This document shows positions 29,994-39,176 of a stretch of DNA of 64,000 nucleotides, one piece after another. Origin of the DNA: an uncultured bacterium (GTDB taxonomy: Bacteria; Vulcanimicrobiota; Xenobia; Xenobiales; Xenobiaceae). The position numbers and the translations under genes are program-made. Numbering within the stretch: the first letter of the stretch is position 1; every line of letters starts with the position of its first letter. Below the pieces are notes generated by a model that did no database searches, was not told where the DNA came from, and saw only the letters and a list, made by a program, of their open reading frames with translations. The DNA is taken from positions 6,463-70,462 of the forward strand of contig CATXCY010000010.1 in NCBI GenBank assembly GCA_958366945.1, given 5' to 3'.

Positions 29994-30938
29994 ATGTCTT
30001 TGCCATCTATCACCATGAATTTCTTGGCTGCGCAAGGTGTTGCGGGATTGCCAACCAGTTCCAATAGTGCAAGCACTGGCGTTAATAGTACTGCTGTTTC
30101 TGCTCTTGATAGCGCTTCTCTTAGTTCTTTAGCTACAGCAGGAACTGATGGATTGGCCAACCTTGGCTCTTTGTCTGATTACTTGTCTGGTCAGGCCTCT
30201 GGAAGTTCTGGCAGCAGTGCCTCTTTGGGACTTTCTGGCAGTGCCGATTTTGCTTCCATGGTTGGTGAAATTGCCAAGCAATATAAGGGCAGCAGTTCTT
30301 CTTCTGCCAACAATCAGGTAATGTCCACTGCTGCCAATATGTTAAAAACATATTTTAAGCAATTTTGTCCTGGTATGAGTGACGACCAGATTACCGCTAT
30401 TTGTAATATGGCCTCTGCACAATACGGCGATTTAGCTAAAGCTATGGATATGAGTTCTTTAACTTCCAGTGTTATGGGCTCTTCTTCTGCTGCTTCTGGA
30501 GCTACTGGCGCTTCTTCTAGTGCTGGTTCTTCCGCAGTTTCAAAAGTAAGTGCCAAAGACGTTAAGGGTACCGCTTGGGGCAAGGCTTTAGCTGCTGACG
30601 CAGAGTCTCATGCCACAGGTAGCGGCGGCTGGTGCTTCAAATATGTGCGCCAAGCTTTAGAGCGCCATGGAGTTACTGGAGTTGGTGGCGCCAGTGCTTA
30701 TATGGCTGCCGATCAATTAGCCCGCAATAGTAACTTCAAAGAAATTAGTGTTTCAGAATCAGATCTTCGCAATTTGCCTGCAGGTTATGTTGTCGTTTGG
30801 AATAGAGGTAACGGTGCTAGTAGGCAGCATGGCCATATTTGCATCTCTTTAGGCGATGGTAGAGAAGCTTCTGACGTTATTCGCAAAATGACTCAAGGAT
30901 ATGGCACTTCCTTTAGAGTTTTTCAGCCTGTAAAATAA
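29994..30938 (+). CDS. Polymorphic-toxin-like protein: low-complexity N-terminal region, same conserved internal module, C-terminal Tae4-like papain-fold peptidoglycan amidase
   Basis: C-terminus GGWCFKYVRQALERHG...AGYVVVWNRGNGASRQHGHICISLGDG parallels the Cys (xCxxxxxxLxxxG) and His (GH-hydrophobic) motifs of the Tae4 family of gamma-D-glutamyl-mDAP amidases. No signal peptide. Confidence 0.55.
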   Translation: MSLPSITMNFLAAQGVAGLPTSSNSASTGVNSTAVSALDSASLSSLATAGTDGLANLGSLSDYLSGQASGSSGSSASLGLSGSADFASMVGEIAKQYKGSSSSSANNQVMSTAANMLKTYFKQFCPGMSDDQITAICNMASAQYGDLAKAMDMSSLTSSVMGSSSAASGATGASSSAGSSAVSKVSAKDVKGTAWGKALAADAESHATGSGGWCFKYVRQALERHGVTGVGGASAYMAADQLARNSNFKEISVSESDLRNLPAGYVVVWNRGNGASRQHGHICISLGDGREASDVIRKMTQGYGTSFRVFQPVK

Positions 30939-30956
30939 GTTGCTATTAAAATAAAA

Positions 30957-31000
30957 AATAACGTTCTGTCTATATTTCATTTGCAGAACGTTATTTTTTT
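30957..31000. terminator. Bidirectional rho-independent terminator (convergent genes)
   Basis: aaaataAATAACGTTCTGtctatatttcatttgCAGAACGTTATTTTTTT. Confidence 0.75.
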
Positions 31001-31044
31001 GCTCACTTATAAAAATAATTGTTTGTTATTTTCTATACAACCAA

Positions 31045-33303
31045 CTAATCAAACATTTTATCTAATTCGGCTTTTTTAAAGCGTTGAGGCTCGTGACCAG
31101 TCCAGTCGATCACAAAATAAATCTTTTCTGGTTGTTGTATTTTGCTGAAAAAACGTATTTGATCTGTAGGTAGCATTTTATAATTGTAATACCAGCCAGT
31201 GGGAGAGGGTTTGGAAATTCCTTTGGCATGAAGATGGCGAGCACCTTTAGGGAAGAAGGGCATAACTCGTGCAGCCAATTTCTCGCCTAAAACTTTGCAC
31301 CCCATATCGCCGCGCATTATTAAGCGGAGGTGGGGAGCGAAGAGTAAGCTGCTTTCAAAGCCTACCGTCTGCCCTTGAAAATCGCCTTCTACGGTATCGC
31401 GAATTATCAATCTTTGTTCTGTAGGCTTAAAAAGAAGCTCACGTCTTAAACTTAAAACTAAACCGTTAGTTAGATGAGCTTGACGCCTTGTCCACAAGAG
31501 TACATCCGCTCCTCCTTTTCTTTCCCTATACAAAGGAGAGCAAAAAACGTAACCCTCTTTATGTATCTCAGTTATATTGTCAGGAAAATCTATGCGTTCG
31601 GAAGCGTTCAAATCTCCCAAATAGGCCACTTTAAAAGGCGAAACTTCCTCGGCAAGTGTGGGAGCGGAATGGGAAAAAAAGCTATTTAAATAAGGATAAG
31701 CGCTGCTAGAAATAGTGGAAAAACCAGCATCTATAAGGAATGGCTCATTTTCTATAGTTAAAAATATTGATAAGAAATCACAATGTGGCTGGGGCACAGC
31801 TTGGTGTAAATTGGGAGCTTTATAAAAACCTTTAGTTAGATCGGCAGTTGGACAACCTTTTATAATGGCCTGAGAACTGTTGGCTCCCCAATGATCACGC
31901 ACACTGCCTATACCATTGGCAACGAAATAAAAACTTGTCTCTTCAGGAAAATAATCTCCTCGACCAGCACCAAATTTGGCGGTGAGCTCTGGAGTAGGAG
32001 CTACCCACCAAGACACTTCCGCAGGCATACGCTCTATGCCACATAAGAATTCGTCATGGTCGAAAACTATGGCACCCAGACATAATAAAGTCTGAATATA
32101 CTCGGATATAGAGGATTGCCTTCCCATAAATCCTGGAGCACAAAATGTGCCTATATGAGGAGCTACTTTATTGGTGCCGTTAATAGCTTGCAAAGCTTCA
32201 AGAGAAATGCGCAGCGCTTCTGATAAATATTGCGGAGTTTGGGTATGATTGCTTACATGCTGCAATACAGGCAATAGCATCCATTCTAAAGCCGCACAAT
32301 GAGCGCATAAAGATCCACTTAAATGTAACCCGCTACTTCCAAACTCACGTTCAATAAGGTCTAAAAGCTTAGACTCTGCAACTGAACGCCACCGCTTAGA
32401 TAATTTTAATTCAGGAAAATTGCTTGCGAATACATAGAGACAGGCTGCAGCAGGGAACGATAAAACTGTATCGTAGCGAAGGTGCCAAGCCAAAGCTGCT
32501 CCGTGTACGATCATCGTTTCCATTATTTTCGCGAAAATACGGGGCGTAAAAGCAGAGCTGTGTAAACACATATCAACGGCAATCATCCAGTTCATCAGCC
32601 TGATGGCTACCGTATCAAAATTTAGCCAGTTTACACCTATCCAAAGAGGATTGCTGGCTCCCCATTCAGTCGCTTGAATGAGAATCTCGGAAGCGTATTT
32701 GTCCTGTTTGCTAAGCCAATAAGAGCGGGCCAAAGTGAGAAAATGATAATGCTCATTTAGCTCCCAGGTACGATCCAAAGAAGGATACTTGGCTAAGGGA
32801 GATTCGCTCAGATTGGCTTTATTATCCGGAGATAAAACTTTTCTCAGCTCTTTAACGGCAGTTCTAGGCCAGCTTCTAGAGCAAAAATCGGAAAACCAAT
32901 CAATGTTGCCAGTGAAAGTTTCTTGTTGGTTGGAAAGATAAGAAGAAAAAGTATGCCTCATCGCTTGCTGCGTCGAGTCACTGAGCTCTTTGACAGCTGA
33001 AGGAGAGGATTTAAACGCATTTGCAACTTCCTTGGTGTCTGAATGTCGCAAAAATAGCGTAGGGCGACTGCGGTCGCGGAAGTGATTGAAGAGCGCTTCC
33101 GCGGCCTTATCAGGTTGATCGTGCAAAGAATAATTTTTTGCTTCCTCGATTCCAGGTGCTCCAGAGAATTGCCCAAACAAATATTTGTCTTGCAAATCGT
33201 AAGTAGAACAACTGTCGTAAGCCAAATCGACCTGAGCCTCCAAGCTAAATGGCATGGAAGAAGTGATTATATTCTTACGTAACCAAGGAAACATATTATC
33301 CAA
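31045..33303 (-). CDS. Heparinase II/III-like (alginate-lyase superfamily) protein
   Basis: 752 aa. N-terminal alpha/alpha toroid-like region with W/N/R-rich motifs (WIGVNWLNFDTVAIRLMNWMIAVD) and a C-terminal beta-sandwich-like region. Immediately downstream of a DegT aminotransferase. Confidence 0.55.
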   Translation of the reverse strand: MDNMFPWLRKNIITSSMPFSLEAQVDLAYDSCSTYDLQDKYLFGQFSGAPGIEEAKNYSLHDQPDKAAEALFNHFRDRSRPTLFLRHSDTKEVANAFKSSPSAVKELSDSTQQAMRHTFSSYLSNQQETFTGNIDWFSDFCSRSWPRTAVKELRKVLSPDNKANLSESPLAKYPSLDRTWELNEHYHFLTLARSYWLSKQDKYASEILIQATEWGASNPLWIGVNWLNFDTVAIRLMNWMIAVDMCLHSSAFTPRIFAKIMETMIVHGAALAWHLRYDTVLSFPAAACLYVFASNFPELKLSKRWRSVAESKLLDLIEREFGSSGLHLSGSLCAHCAALEWMLLPVLQHVSNHTQTPQYLSEALRISLEALQAINGTNKVAPHIGTFCAPGFMGRQSSISEYIQTLLCLGAIVFDHDEFLCGIERMPAEVSWWVAPTPELTAKFGAGRGDYFPEETSFYFVANGIGSVRDHWGANSSQAIIKGCPTADLTKGFYKAPNLHQAVPQPHCDFLSIFLTIENEPFLIDAGFSTISSSAYPYLNSFFSHSAPTLAEEVSPFKVAYLGDLNASERIDFPDNITEIHKEGYVFCSPLYRERKGGADVLLWTRRQAHLTNGLVLSLRRELLFKPTEQRLIIRDTVEGDFQGQTVGFESSLLFAPHLRLIMRGDMGCKVLGEKLAARVMPFFPKGARHLHAKGISKPSPTGWYYNYKMLPTDQIRFFSKIQQPEKIYFVIDWTGHEPQRFKKAELDKMFD

Positions 33304-33315
33304 GCCGCAGATCTC

Positions 33316-34416
33316 CTAATGACGAGGGAAATTCTTAATTGTAGATACTACAGTGGCAATTTGCTCGTCGCTAAGTTCGGGGAACATAGGCAAGGACATG
33401 ACTTCTTTTTGCACTTGCTCGCAAATTGGCAAAGAGCCTTCCTTCATGCCGCTGGATGCAAAAGTTTTTTGCAAGTGAAGGCATACTGGGTAGTAAATGG
33501 CCGGACCAACACCGTTTTCACGCATATAATCGAAAAGCTCGTCACGATGAGGAGTGCGAATAGTGTACTGGTGGAAGACGTGATGGAAACCTTCGCGCTC
33601 AAGAGGAGTGATCACTCCGCTGTCTTTCAGAGCTTCTGTGTATTTTTGAGCTACAGAGCGACGCTTTTTATTCCACTCATCGACATGTTTGAGCTTGACG
33701 CGCAAAGCGGCAGCCTGAATTTCGTCTAAACGACTATTGGTGCCTAAAATTTCGTGATAGTATCTGACCTTACTGCCGTGACCGCGCAGCATTTGCACTT
33801 TTTCAAAGTACTCGTCGCTATTGGTTAAAACCATACCGCCGTCGCCAATACCGCCTAAGTTTTTGCTGGGGAAGAACGAGAAACAGCTGAGATCGCCGAA
33901 TCCTCCGACTTTTTTGCCATCTACGCAAGCTCCGGTAGCTTGAGCGCAGTCTTCAATTAAAGCTAAATTGTGCTCTTGGCAAATAGCCTTAATGGCTTTG
34001 ACATCGGCAGCGTGTCCGTAAAGGTGGACGCAAATTACAGCTTTGGTATGTGGAGTGATAGCTTTCTTTAAGCTTTCCGGATCTAAAGTAAAAGTGCGAG
34101 GGTCAATATCGGCAAATACAACTTTGGAACCAGCCAAAGCTACAGCGCCGGCGGAAGCTACAAAAGTGAAGGAAGGGACGATAACTTCATCGTCGGCTTT
34201 AAGATCTAGGGCTCTCACTGCCAATTGCAGAGCATCAGTGCCGTTCCCTACGCCTATACCGTGTTTAACTCCGTTCCAAGCCGCAAACTCTTCTTCGAAA
34301 GCTTTTACTTCGGGGCCTAAAACATATGCAGTAGAGCGCAGAACTTTCAGTACGGCTGCTTCCAATTCATCTTGGATTTGAGAGTACTGAGTGCGAAGCT
34401 CTAAAATAGGGATCAT
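33316..34416 (-). CDS. DegT/DnrJ/EryC1/StrS-family PLP-dependent sugar aminotransferase
   Basis: VIVPSFTFVASAGAVALAG, DCAQATGA, FSFFPSKNLG (PLP lysine). 366 aa. Confidence 0.88.
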   Translation of the reverse strand: MIPILELRTQYSQIQDELEAAVLKVLRSTAYVLGPEVKAFEEEFAAWNGVKHGIGVGNGTDALQLAVRALDLKADDEVIVPSFTFVASAGAVALAGSKVVFADIDPRTFTLDPESLKKAITPHTKAVICVHLYGHAADVKAIKAICQEHNLALIEDCAQATGACVDGKKVGGFGDLSCFSFFPSKNLGGIGDGGMVLTNSDEYFEKVQMLRGHGSKVRYYHEILGTNSRLDEIQAAALRVKLKHVDEWNKKRRSVAQKYTEALKDSGVITPLEREGFHHVFHQYTIRTPHRDELFDYMRENGVGPAIYYPVCLHLQKTFASSGMKEGSLPICEQVQKEVMSLPMFPELSDEQIATVVSTIKNFPRH

Positions 34417-34768
34417 AAATATGTCTCCTTCTATCCGTTCATCAGGAGCGGAACCGCTTTGATGGCAGAAAATTTCTCAGACTGAGTAAAATTTTCCGTC
34501 GGCAAAATATAGGTGATAAAAAATATCCAATCGGATTTTTGGCGTAGTATTGAAAATGCTTGTCTAAATGCCAAAACAGCGAGGGACGTACCGCTGCTCC
34601 AAAAACTGGAAGCACGGTTCGGCCAAATTGTTTCAGCGGAAGTATAGCACTCCAAAGACCTTACAAGCCACCTATTTTCCAAGCATAAGGGGCAAGCCCT
34701 GCCAAAACAGGTGATTTTTTTGTAACGAGGTCAAGTGAAGCGGCCGAAACTACGTCAAAAGTATGTTA

Positions 34769-36583
34769 TTAACCTTTGCTGCGTACTTCAAACTCTAAGC
34801 GCCATTTAGGAATGGAGTCTTGGCAACACCAAACTTCTAAGGTACCTACTTCGGTTACATAAGTTTCTAAAGTAACTGGTACTACTTTACCAATTTCTCC
34901 CGCTTCAGCCGGTAAAGTAATTTGCAACGAAGGCAATTCTTCTATATCGTCTTCCCAATCGTCGATTAAGTCACCAATTTTATCTTGCTGTCGACAAGTG
35001 GAAGCTAAAAATCTAAATTCAGCCAGTTCGCCTATGACCAGGCCGAAACTGCGATTAGGTAGACGCTCGCGTGAGTCTTCTTCCATGCCGAAAGGAGCGA
35101 CGCATAAAGCTTTAATGGGAGGAACAAGACCAGGAACAGCTGGCATGGAAGTTTCGATACCAACATAATAAGAGCGATTGGTACCGGCTTTAATTCTTAT
35201 TCCAGAACCTTGACTAGCCAAACCGCTGCGCACGGCTCCGCGAGCTACGGCCAAGTCGTAGTCCGCTCCTACTAATTCTTTGGCGGGAGGAGCTCCCACA
35301 GATTCTAACCAAGAGTTTACCGTTTCCAATAAACGACGGCGCAAGATGGGAGCTTTCAGCACGCCTCCGTTAAAGAGAATTGCTGTAGGAGCAAAAATGG
35401 GAGCGGAGCCATCTTCTGGTTTATTGGCTGCCAAAAATCTGGCCAAATGTTTGGTGATAGCCGGATTCGATTCAAAAGGCAAGCCCAATTCGCGCAAACC
35501 ACTTTGACGAGACCGTTCAGCTTGTTCATCAAGGGAACATTTAGGGAAGAATCCGTCTACAATTAGTTGCTCGGTAACTTGGCGGCTTAAGGAGTCGGCA
35601 ATGGAAGAAGCTATTAAGCTGCTGCCGCGTCCAGGAATGGTGACGCTCCACTCTTCCTCGGCGTATTCTTGTAACAGTTGCTCTTTGGCTGTGCGGCAAG
35701 CATGGGTGAGGACTTGCATTTGCCAAGCGTCAAGCTTAATTTTACGCTCTGATTTTAGCTTTTGCTGCATATACACAGCCAAAGTCAGATCCATGTTGTC
35801 TCCGCCAAGTAAGAGATGATCTCCTACAGCTGAGCGCTCTAAGCATAAGCTGCCGCCTTGGTCGGCTACAGTAATAAGGCTAAAGTCGGTAGTTCCTCCA
35901 CCTATATCACATACTAAAATTTTGTCTCCGACTGCTACTTGAGAGCGCCAATCTTCTTCAGTGTTAACCAACCAAGCATAAAAAGCGGCTTGAGGCTCTT
36001 CTAAGAGGGTTAAATTTTTGATGCCAGCTTTTTGAGCTGCTTGAACGGTTAGTTCTCTAGCTATCGTATCAAAGGAAGCAGGTACAGTTAAAACGACTTG
36101 CTGATCTTCTAAGGGCTGATCGGGGTGTTCAAAATTCCAAGCTGAACGTAAATGCTCCAAATAACGAGCCGAAGCGTCAATGGGGGAGATATGCTCCACT
36201 TCTTCGGGAGCGTTCCAAGGCAAAATAGGAGCACTGCGATCTATTTGCTCACTAGAAAGCCAAGACTTGGCTGAAGAAACAACTCTGTGGGGAACTTTAG
36301 CGCCTTGCTCACGGGCCATATATCCGACTATGTCTTTGGCCTCTTTATCCCAAGGCAATTCGATACTATGGGCTGGCAATTCGTGGGAGCCGGGGAAGTA
36401 AAGAAATGAAGGCAGAGTCTTGCGTGGCTCTACTGTAGCCGGATAGGTAAGCTGAGGAACAGCAAAATGATTTATAGGAGGAGTCTCTTTAGCTGCCTTC
36501 GCTTGTGCTGAAATGGATTCCGGATCAGACCAAGCTAAAGCGCAATTTGTTGTTCCCAAGTCTATACCTATAATCATATGCAA
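34769..36583 (-). CDS. Hsp70-family (actin-like ATPase) protein, non-canonical
   Basis: IIGIDLGTTNCALAW, VLTVPASFDTIARELTVQAAQKAGI, VCDIGGGTTDFSLI. Confidence 0.8.
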   Translation of the reverse strand: MHMIIGIDLGTTNCALAWSDPESISAQAKAAKETPPINHFAVPQLTYPATVEPRKTLPSFLYFPGSHELPAHSIELPWDKEAKDIVGYMAREQGAKVPHRVVSSAKSWLSSEQIDRSAPILPWNAPEEVEHISPIDASARYLEHLRSAWNFEHPDQPLEDQQVVLTVPASFDTIARELTVQAAQKAGIKNLTLLEEPQAAFYAWLVNTEEDWRSQVAVGDKILVCDIGGGTTDFSLITVADQGGSLCLERSAVGDHLLLGGDNMDLTLAVYMQQKLKSERKIKLDAWQMQVLTHACRTAKEQLLQEYAEEEWSVTIPGRGSSLIASSIADSLSRQVTEQLIVDGFFPKCSLDEQAERSRQSGLRELGLPFESNPAITKHLARFLAANKPEDGSAPIFAPTAILFNGGVLKAPILRRRLLETVNSWLESVGAPPAKELVGADYDLAVARGAVRSGLASQGSGIRIKAGTNRSYYVGIETSMPAVPGLVPPIKALCVAPFGMEEDSRERLPNRSFGLVIGELAEFRFLASTCRQQDKIGDLIDDWEDDIEELPSLQITLPAEAGEIGKVVPVTLETYVTEVGTLEVWCCQDSIPKWRLEFEVRSKG

Positions 36584-36624
36584 ACGTCTCCCAGAATAGT
36601 TTATAAAAGTCCCAATTTACCAGG

Positions 36625-37131
36625 CTATAACTCTACTTCAGCCGGACAAATAACGTCTGAATCTTCGTCCTGAGCGCTTTGGGGCAAATTGGCTTTTTGT
36701 AAGCGCCAGCCTTTGTGACGCAAGATCCCTTTGAAGGGCGGATCGCCTTCTACTTTGCCTACCAAACGAATTGCGCCTGGATCGAAGCCGTCTTCTACAG
36801 TAATTTCTATACCTTCTTCTTCGGTACGGATAGGCTCCAGAATCAAATACTCTTGGACAGCTTTGCGGCAGCCTTTATAAACAGTAGATTTTACTACAGC
36901 TCCGACTTGAGCGTCAGGGACATTCTCTAAATCTTCTTGCAAAAAGTCTATAAGCCGTCCTTCTCTCTGAAGCAAAGCTAAAACTCCTACCGCACCGGGA
37001 TAAAGCGAAGGTACTCCGGACGGAGTTTCTTGAACAACTTCGCGATCTGCCAGCAGAAGAGCCAACTTTTCGGCAAATTCTTTATTAAACAAAGCTTTGA
37101 AAAAAGCTTTAAAAGCTGTGATTATACGCAT
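36625..37131 (-). CDS. Small acidic protein, possibly DUF2760-like Hsp70 partner
   Basis: 168 aa, N-terminus MRIITAFKAFFKALF, directly downstream of the Hsp70-like gene on the same strand. Confidence 0.35.
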   Translation of the reverse strand: MRIITAFKAFFKALFNKEFAEKLALLLADREVVQETPSGVPSLYPGAVGVLALLQREGRLIDFLQEDLENVPDAQVGAVVKSTVYKGCRKAVQEYLILEPIRTEEEGIEITVEDGFDPGAIRLVGKVEGDPPFKGILRHKGWRLQKANLPQSAQDEDSDVICPAEVEL

Positions 37132-37259
37132 GATCTAAATTTTTGCCAAATTGGTGTCGACTCCTTGCCTTTATGTAATGTGGTAACAGCCGACGCTTCT
37201 TGACCGAAGTAAAACCTCTCTAACTGTAGATTCTTTTATCAGTGCATTGACACTATTGG

Positions 37260-38210
37260 TTAGCTGGCGCAGGCACGTTGCAATCTGTCTCTAACTGCGG
37301 CCCAACTTTCTTCATTTTGTGGTGGTTGTTCTATAAGAATGGATTGCGGCCGCAAGCTGTCCGCATACCTAAGCATACTATAAATAGATTGAGCGTATGC
37401 TTGAGGATCGTTTGGCAAACTGAGGCAGCGTACTTGTTGAGCATCAGGTATTGTCAACTTGTGCATAGCTAAAACTACCAATGGTGATGGATTGCATTTT
37501 ATAAGCTCAGATAACTCGGCGCCAGATACCATTCGTGCTGGAGTGTTGGGAGCGTAATGCTTCTTCAAGGTGCCTGGAGCTTTGCTGCCTTGGCCGCAAG
37601 CAATGGGAAAACCAGCAATTTCGCTAATTACTGAAGCACTAAGCATACCTGGACGGACAATGACTGGTTTATCCTTGGAAAAATCGACAATGGTAGATTC
37701 TACACCTACGGCACAAGGGCCGCCGTCCAGTATGTATTTAAGCTGATCGCCAAATTCTTCGCGTACGTGTTCAGCGCTGGTAGGGCTGATATGACCGAAG
37801 CGATTGGCTGAAGGGCCGATAATACCACGCCCGAACACGGAAATAAGCTCTCTGGTTAAGGGATGAGCTGGAATCCTTATTCCTACGCTATCTTGGCCAC
37901 CGGTTACTTGTGGCAATACTTCAGGGCGTTTGGGCAAAATAAGGGTCATGGGGCCTGGCCAAAAATGTTCAGCTAATTTGCGGGCTGCTTCTGGCACCTC
38001 TCTAGCCCAAAGCTCCAATTTGTCTAAACTATCTAAGTGGACAATAGAAGGATGATCGGCTGGTCTACCTTTTAGGGCGTACACTTTGCGGATAGCTTCT
38101 ATATTGGATGCATCTGCTCCTAAACCGTATACTGTTTCCGTAGGAAAAGCGACCATACCGCCTTGGGCCAACTCTTGAGCCGCTTGTTTTATAAGTTCGT
38201 TGTCAAACAT
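37260..38210 (-). CDS. L-threonylcarbamoyladenylate synthase (Sua5/YrdC/TsaC family, long Sua5 form)
   Basis: GGMVAFPTETVYGLGADASN YrdC motif plus a C-terminal Sua5 domain. 316 aa. Confidence 0.88.
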   Translation of the reverse strand: MFDNELIKQAAQELAQGGMVAFPTETVYGLGADASNIEAIRKVYALKGRPADHPSIVHLDSLDKLELWAREVPEAARKLAEHFWPGPMTLILPKRPEVLPQVTGGQDSVGIRIPAHPLTRELISVFGRGIIGPSANRFGHISPTSAEHVREEFGDQLKYILDGGPCAVGVESTIVDFSKDKPVIVRPGMLSASVISEIAGFPIACGQGSKAPGTLKKHYAPNTPARMVSGAELSELIKCNPSPLVVLAMHKLTIPDAQQVRCLSLPNDPQAYAQSIYSMLRYADSLRPQSILIEQPPQNEESWAAVRDRLQRACAS

Positions 38211-38368
38211 ATTTACGACTTTCTTTATTAAGGTGAAATCTTAAGGTTGCGGCGCTACTTCGCACAAAAAGAAAACCGTCCCCCCGCATGAAGGGACGGT
38301 TCATCGATTTTTTGAAGTTTCGAAAGACGAAAACAACCTAAAATCAGTAGATCGTTAGCTGATTTTTT

Positions 38369-38689
38369 TTAGCGGCGGGCTCCACCGTGATTTTTGAAGC
38401 ACTCCGCGCAATAAATGGGCTTATCGTTGCGAGGGCGGAAAGGTACTTTGGCGGTTTTGCCGCACTCAGCGCAAACTACTTCGAACATTTCACGAGTACC
38501 GTTAGAACGGCCTAAAGAGCCATTTTCACGCTCGCGTTTGTGGTTGCGGCGACACTCTGGGCAGCGGCGGGGATCACTGGAAAAACCTTTAGAACTGTAA
38601 AACTCTTGTTCACCGGCTGTAAAAACGAAAGTCTCGCCACAATCACAGCAAGTTAAAGTACGATCAGAAAACACTCTAATTTCCTCCAA
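38369..38689 (-). CDS. Internally duplicated zinc-ribbon protein (2 x CxxC...CxxC)
   Basis: CCDCGETFVFTAGEQEFY...CPECRRNH and CAECGKTAKVPF...CAECFKNH. Confidence 0.5.
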   Translation of the reverse strand: MEEIRVFSDRTLTCCDCGETFVFTAGEQEFYSSKGFSSDPRRCPECRRNHKRERENGSLGRSNGTREMFEVVCAECGKTAKVPFRPRNDKPIYCAECFKNHGGARR

Positions 38690-39176
38690 CAGGAAGTTGC
38701 CAACGGGAATGCGAGCTTCTCGACATACTTCCCAGGGGTCTAAACCCAGGAATCATCGGATACCAACAAATTTCGCCTGCTAAAATGCAGGTCTTACGAG
38801 TTCTCTCCGCAATGGATGATGCCCCACCCATATTTATTTTGACTAAATACAAGCAACGAAACAACCAGCATTAAGGGAAGCCGTAGCTTTTATTCCAATT
38901 CGCACCAAAATTGTAGACCGCCCCTAAAAAGTAGTCAAGGAGTGAAAGTGGCGAAAGGTTAAGAAAAATTTAATTAAATTGAGCTGAATTTTGCTTATAA
39001 TGCGCCTTTCTGCATGAATAAAGAGAATGAAAATGTATATCTCTCGAATCTACCTTTTCTAGTAAAAAAATAAAATCAATCAATAAAATATTGCACTTTG
39101 TCCTATCGCTTTATTTATGGAAAAAATCCTATAAATGTACCAAGTAAAAAGTACTTAACCTAAAAGCAAGTATAAT

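Noticed and set aside
39014-39064. 16-aa + strand mini-ORF (MNKENENVYLSNLPFL) with an upstream TATAAT box in the radical SAM operon tail
   Set aside because: It is on the opposite strand to the operon, is too short and has no RBS. It is mentioned only as a place to look for a small peptide gene.
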